The notes beneath the pieces were generated by a model. It was not told the DNA's origin. It did no database searches and saw nothing but the letters and a program-made list of their open reading frames with translations. A program made the position numbers and the translations under genes. Shown here in pieces: positions 61,545 through 64,000 of a stretch of DNA of 64,000 bases. Source of the stretch: Balanoglossus misakiensis (lineage: Eukaryota > Animalia > Hemichordata); the NCBI GenBank assembly GCA_040954595.2, contig CM082595.2, positions 7,058,193 to 7,122,192 on the forward strand, given 5' to 3'. Position 1 is the stretch's first letter, and every line of letters begins with the position of its first letter.

Positions 61545-64000
61545 TCACTTCTGCGGTGGAGGCATTCCGAACTGAAACGCAGTAGGCACGGCTGTCTGTG
61601 TAAATTGATACCCCCCAACTTCCTTGATTTTCTTAGACTCTGTCAAATAAACAAAAACAAATGTATTTTATTCTAAATCGCTTCATTTGCTGAAAAAGTT
61701 TCAGATAATATTTTTGCAACAAAATCTGTATAAAGGCATATGGGAAGAGAGTAACAACAAAACTGTTTTTATAAGATTTTTTAATGTTATGCGTCTGGAT
61801 TTTGGCTCATATGGGAGTTTGTTGTATTCAAACCAAACCATGGTGGGGAAAGGGGTAAACAGAGAAGGGTGTGAAAGAGGGTGATACAGTACCAGAAGGC
61901 ATCACAAAACCTTACCTGCTAAAGCTTTCCTCTGATCGGCCAATTTCCCAATTTCTTGAATTTCCAATTGTTGTTCTGCAGTTAAACCACTTATTAAGGC
62001 GTTATACCAGCTGGGATCTTGCACTTGTAAACCTATTGTAGAAGAACAAATCATTGTTAATGACACAGTCCCCACTGGACCAATACACTATTCGAGGACT
62101 GACATCAGTTCAAGAACTTCAAAATGGCTCTGACAAGATTTCTCACAAAGCAGGCAAATTCATATGAATCTGAAGCTTATTTGGTATAGAAGATTATATG
62201 GCTGATGATAGTCAAGGAGTTAATGAACAAATCTGCTTGATTCACAATTCAACAATTTTACATCCTGCCATTTTTTACCTTGTAAAACTTCTTTAAATAC
62301 CATGTATTCATCAATTGGACAATCTTCATCATCAAGAGGCGTGTTGTAACTTTCCAGAGCGGTCTCTTCATAGCCTTCCTCATCATCGTCAAAATTCCTG
62401 TCACCACTCTGTTGCCAAGGAAACAATAATTCTTATGCCAAAATGTTACTTGTAATTTTTCCTGTGTCAATTACTCACTGGAGAAATTGCAATCATAGTG
62501 GACACCGCCCTCTAGAGAATATACCAGCTTTATTTAAAAAAGGACCAAGTTTAAAGTTATCATTCCAGCTGTGTTCAGACAGTTAGGACGAGCGCCCTCT
62601 AGAGGGAAGCAACTGACTCACCCTCTTCGCTAACATATCCATGTATTCCTGCGACGTCTCGTCTACTTCATCTTCATCACTTTCTAAGACTTCTTCGTAA
62701 TCTTCATCCTCATCTTCCTCCTCGTCATCACTGTCTCCCTCCTCTGCCTGAGCCCTACCTGTCAATGTAATAAAAGAGAATGATCTTACAAGTTGTGATT
62801 GTAACAAAATACCGTAAAACAGGAATTTTTTACAGACTTCACGAGAGCCAAAAAACCACGAAAATAATAAGTGAATAAAACAGTTTTTGAAGATAACGAT
62901 GCAGTTAGTGAATTACGAGAACGCAAAAATGAATCTCCACTTAACAGTTGCCTCTTATTAACATGTCGAAATTTCCTGGTTTACAGTATATATTATTTTG
63001 TGTACGATATATATTCAAGCAGAAAATGCCATACACGTTCAACTGTACAAAGCACAGTGAAATTGGATGTAGCAAATATGCATACTTATTTTCATAGGCT
63101 CTGTGAAGTCCTTTGAATATTAGCAAGAGTGCTGGCAGAAACTGAGATGCAAAGGAATTGACAGTTTCTGGTCTCGATGGCAAACTCATCAATGTACAAA
63201 GTCCAAATGCACAGATTTTACGATCATGTCAGCTACAAACAAATAATAATTATAACATAGTTACATGCCATTCTAAAGTCCAAGTCACTAGTCAAATCAT
63301 CAATTTTGTCCATTAATCAGTTTTCATTTCAGATCATATGGAGCCAGTCAATTTTTCAACATAAATAAAATTATTTCAAGCAATAAAATGGTAACAATAC
63401 TCATGTTTGTAAAATTAATATCGTTAGTGTTGGCCATCATGGTTCAACACTGGTTTCATTATAAAATTTCTTTCATAGAACTGGTGAAATGACAAACAAT
63501 GATATAAAGATAGATCTGAACTCACCCGAGAAAACAGTCAGTGTCATGGAACCACTGCTTGAGGAACTGCTCAGTGATAGATTGGTCTGAGTTTGGAAGC
63601 CTCATTTTTTCTAAAATTTCTAAAAGTAAGACTGGATTGTAATAGAGGGCAGGCACTACGACTTGTAGACACATTGTTCTGAGTTCACTAATGTCTTGAC
63701 TTCCCGCGTCAGTCGCTCTAAAACTAATTCTATGAAGGATGGGATTACCTGTCGGTGAAATGAGAAAAAAATAATTAGTTCTGATTTTACAGAAAAATCT
63801 CCTGTGGCAGAGATGTTAAATGGATCCACACCACCAGTCTGTGGAGAACAAAGTTCAACTTGTTCCATACACCCTTTTCCCTAAGTCTCTAATGACCCGA
63901 GCAGCCATCTTGAATATGAACTCAAAGCGAGGCTAATGGGGAAACCCCCCTTGATGTGATTGGTCAAATTTTCCCCATTGGCCTCGATTGAGTTCAAATT
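61545..64000 (-). pseudogene. IPO7: Importin-7-like pseudogene, copy 3 (runs off the window)
   Basis: The terminal exon ESKKIKEVGGYQFTQTAVPTAFQFGMP is intact, but the shared frameshift after REVKT is present (~63691). Confidence 0.88.

Larger units (their letters stand above)
7013..64000. repeat. Tandem segmental duplication, ~2.5 units of 21-27 kb
   Basis: caggaagtaaaga..tatctgaggatac at 7013, ~28212, ~52487. NHL exon starts at 9524, 30698, 57914. Introns and intergenic DNA align nearly base for base apart from copy-specific indels and TEs. Confidence 0.97.

Noticed and set aside
7013-64000. Assembly artefact from stacked haplotypes
   Set aside because: Three distinct versions are present with private TE insertions, deletions and clustered coding changes. 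Long reads would still be needed for full proof.

Overview
AT-rich, intron-containing animal genomic DNA. An invertebrate deuterostome such as a hemichordate is my guess and cannot be proven here. Bases 1-6643 are a head-to-tail array of non-autonomous Helentron-like (HINE/DINE-1/pearl-type) elements with 239-bp core repeats. The rest is about 2.5 copies of a ~21-27 kb tandem segmental duplication. Each unit holds three things. (i) A 9-exon + strand gene that I could splice by hand into an open ~1807-aa frame in two copies (B 21677-31515, C 45657-58731). Its architecture is three tandem copies of a GT-B N-lobe-like module, a GT4-type glycosyltransferase, a TRADD-N-like domain, a minisatellite-encoded coiled coil, an acidic linker and a C-terminal NHL beta-propeller. 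A third copy (A) is disabled. (ii) A 5'-truncated importin-7 pseudogene on the - strand. (iii) One orphan SLC22-type exon. Copy-specific insertions are a 5'-truncated L1/Tx1-type LINE with an 18-bp TSD and a 2.6-kb TIR element. The main signal is that near-identical paralogues differ almost only by amino-acid-changing substitutions at the ligand-binding face of the NHL propeller and at a patch of the GT modules. This suggests a rapidly diversifying innate-immune or conflict sensor-effector family. All domain calls come from motif recognition by eye, not database searches.
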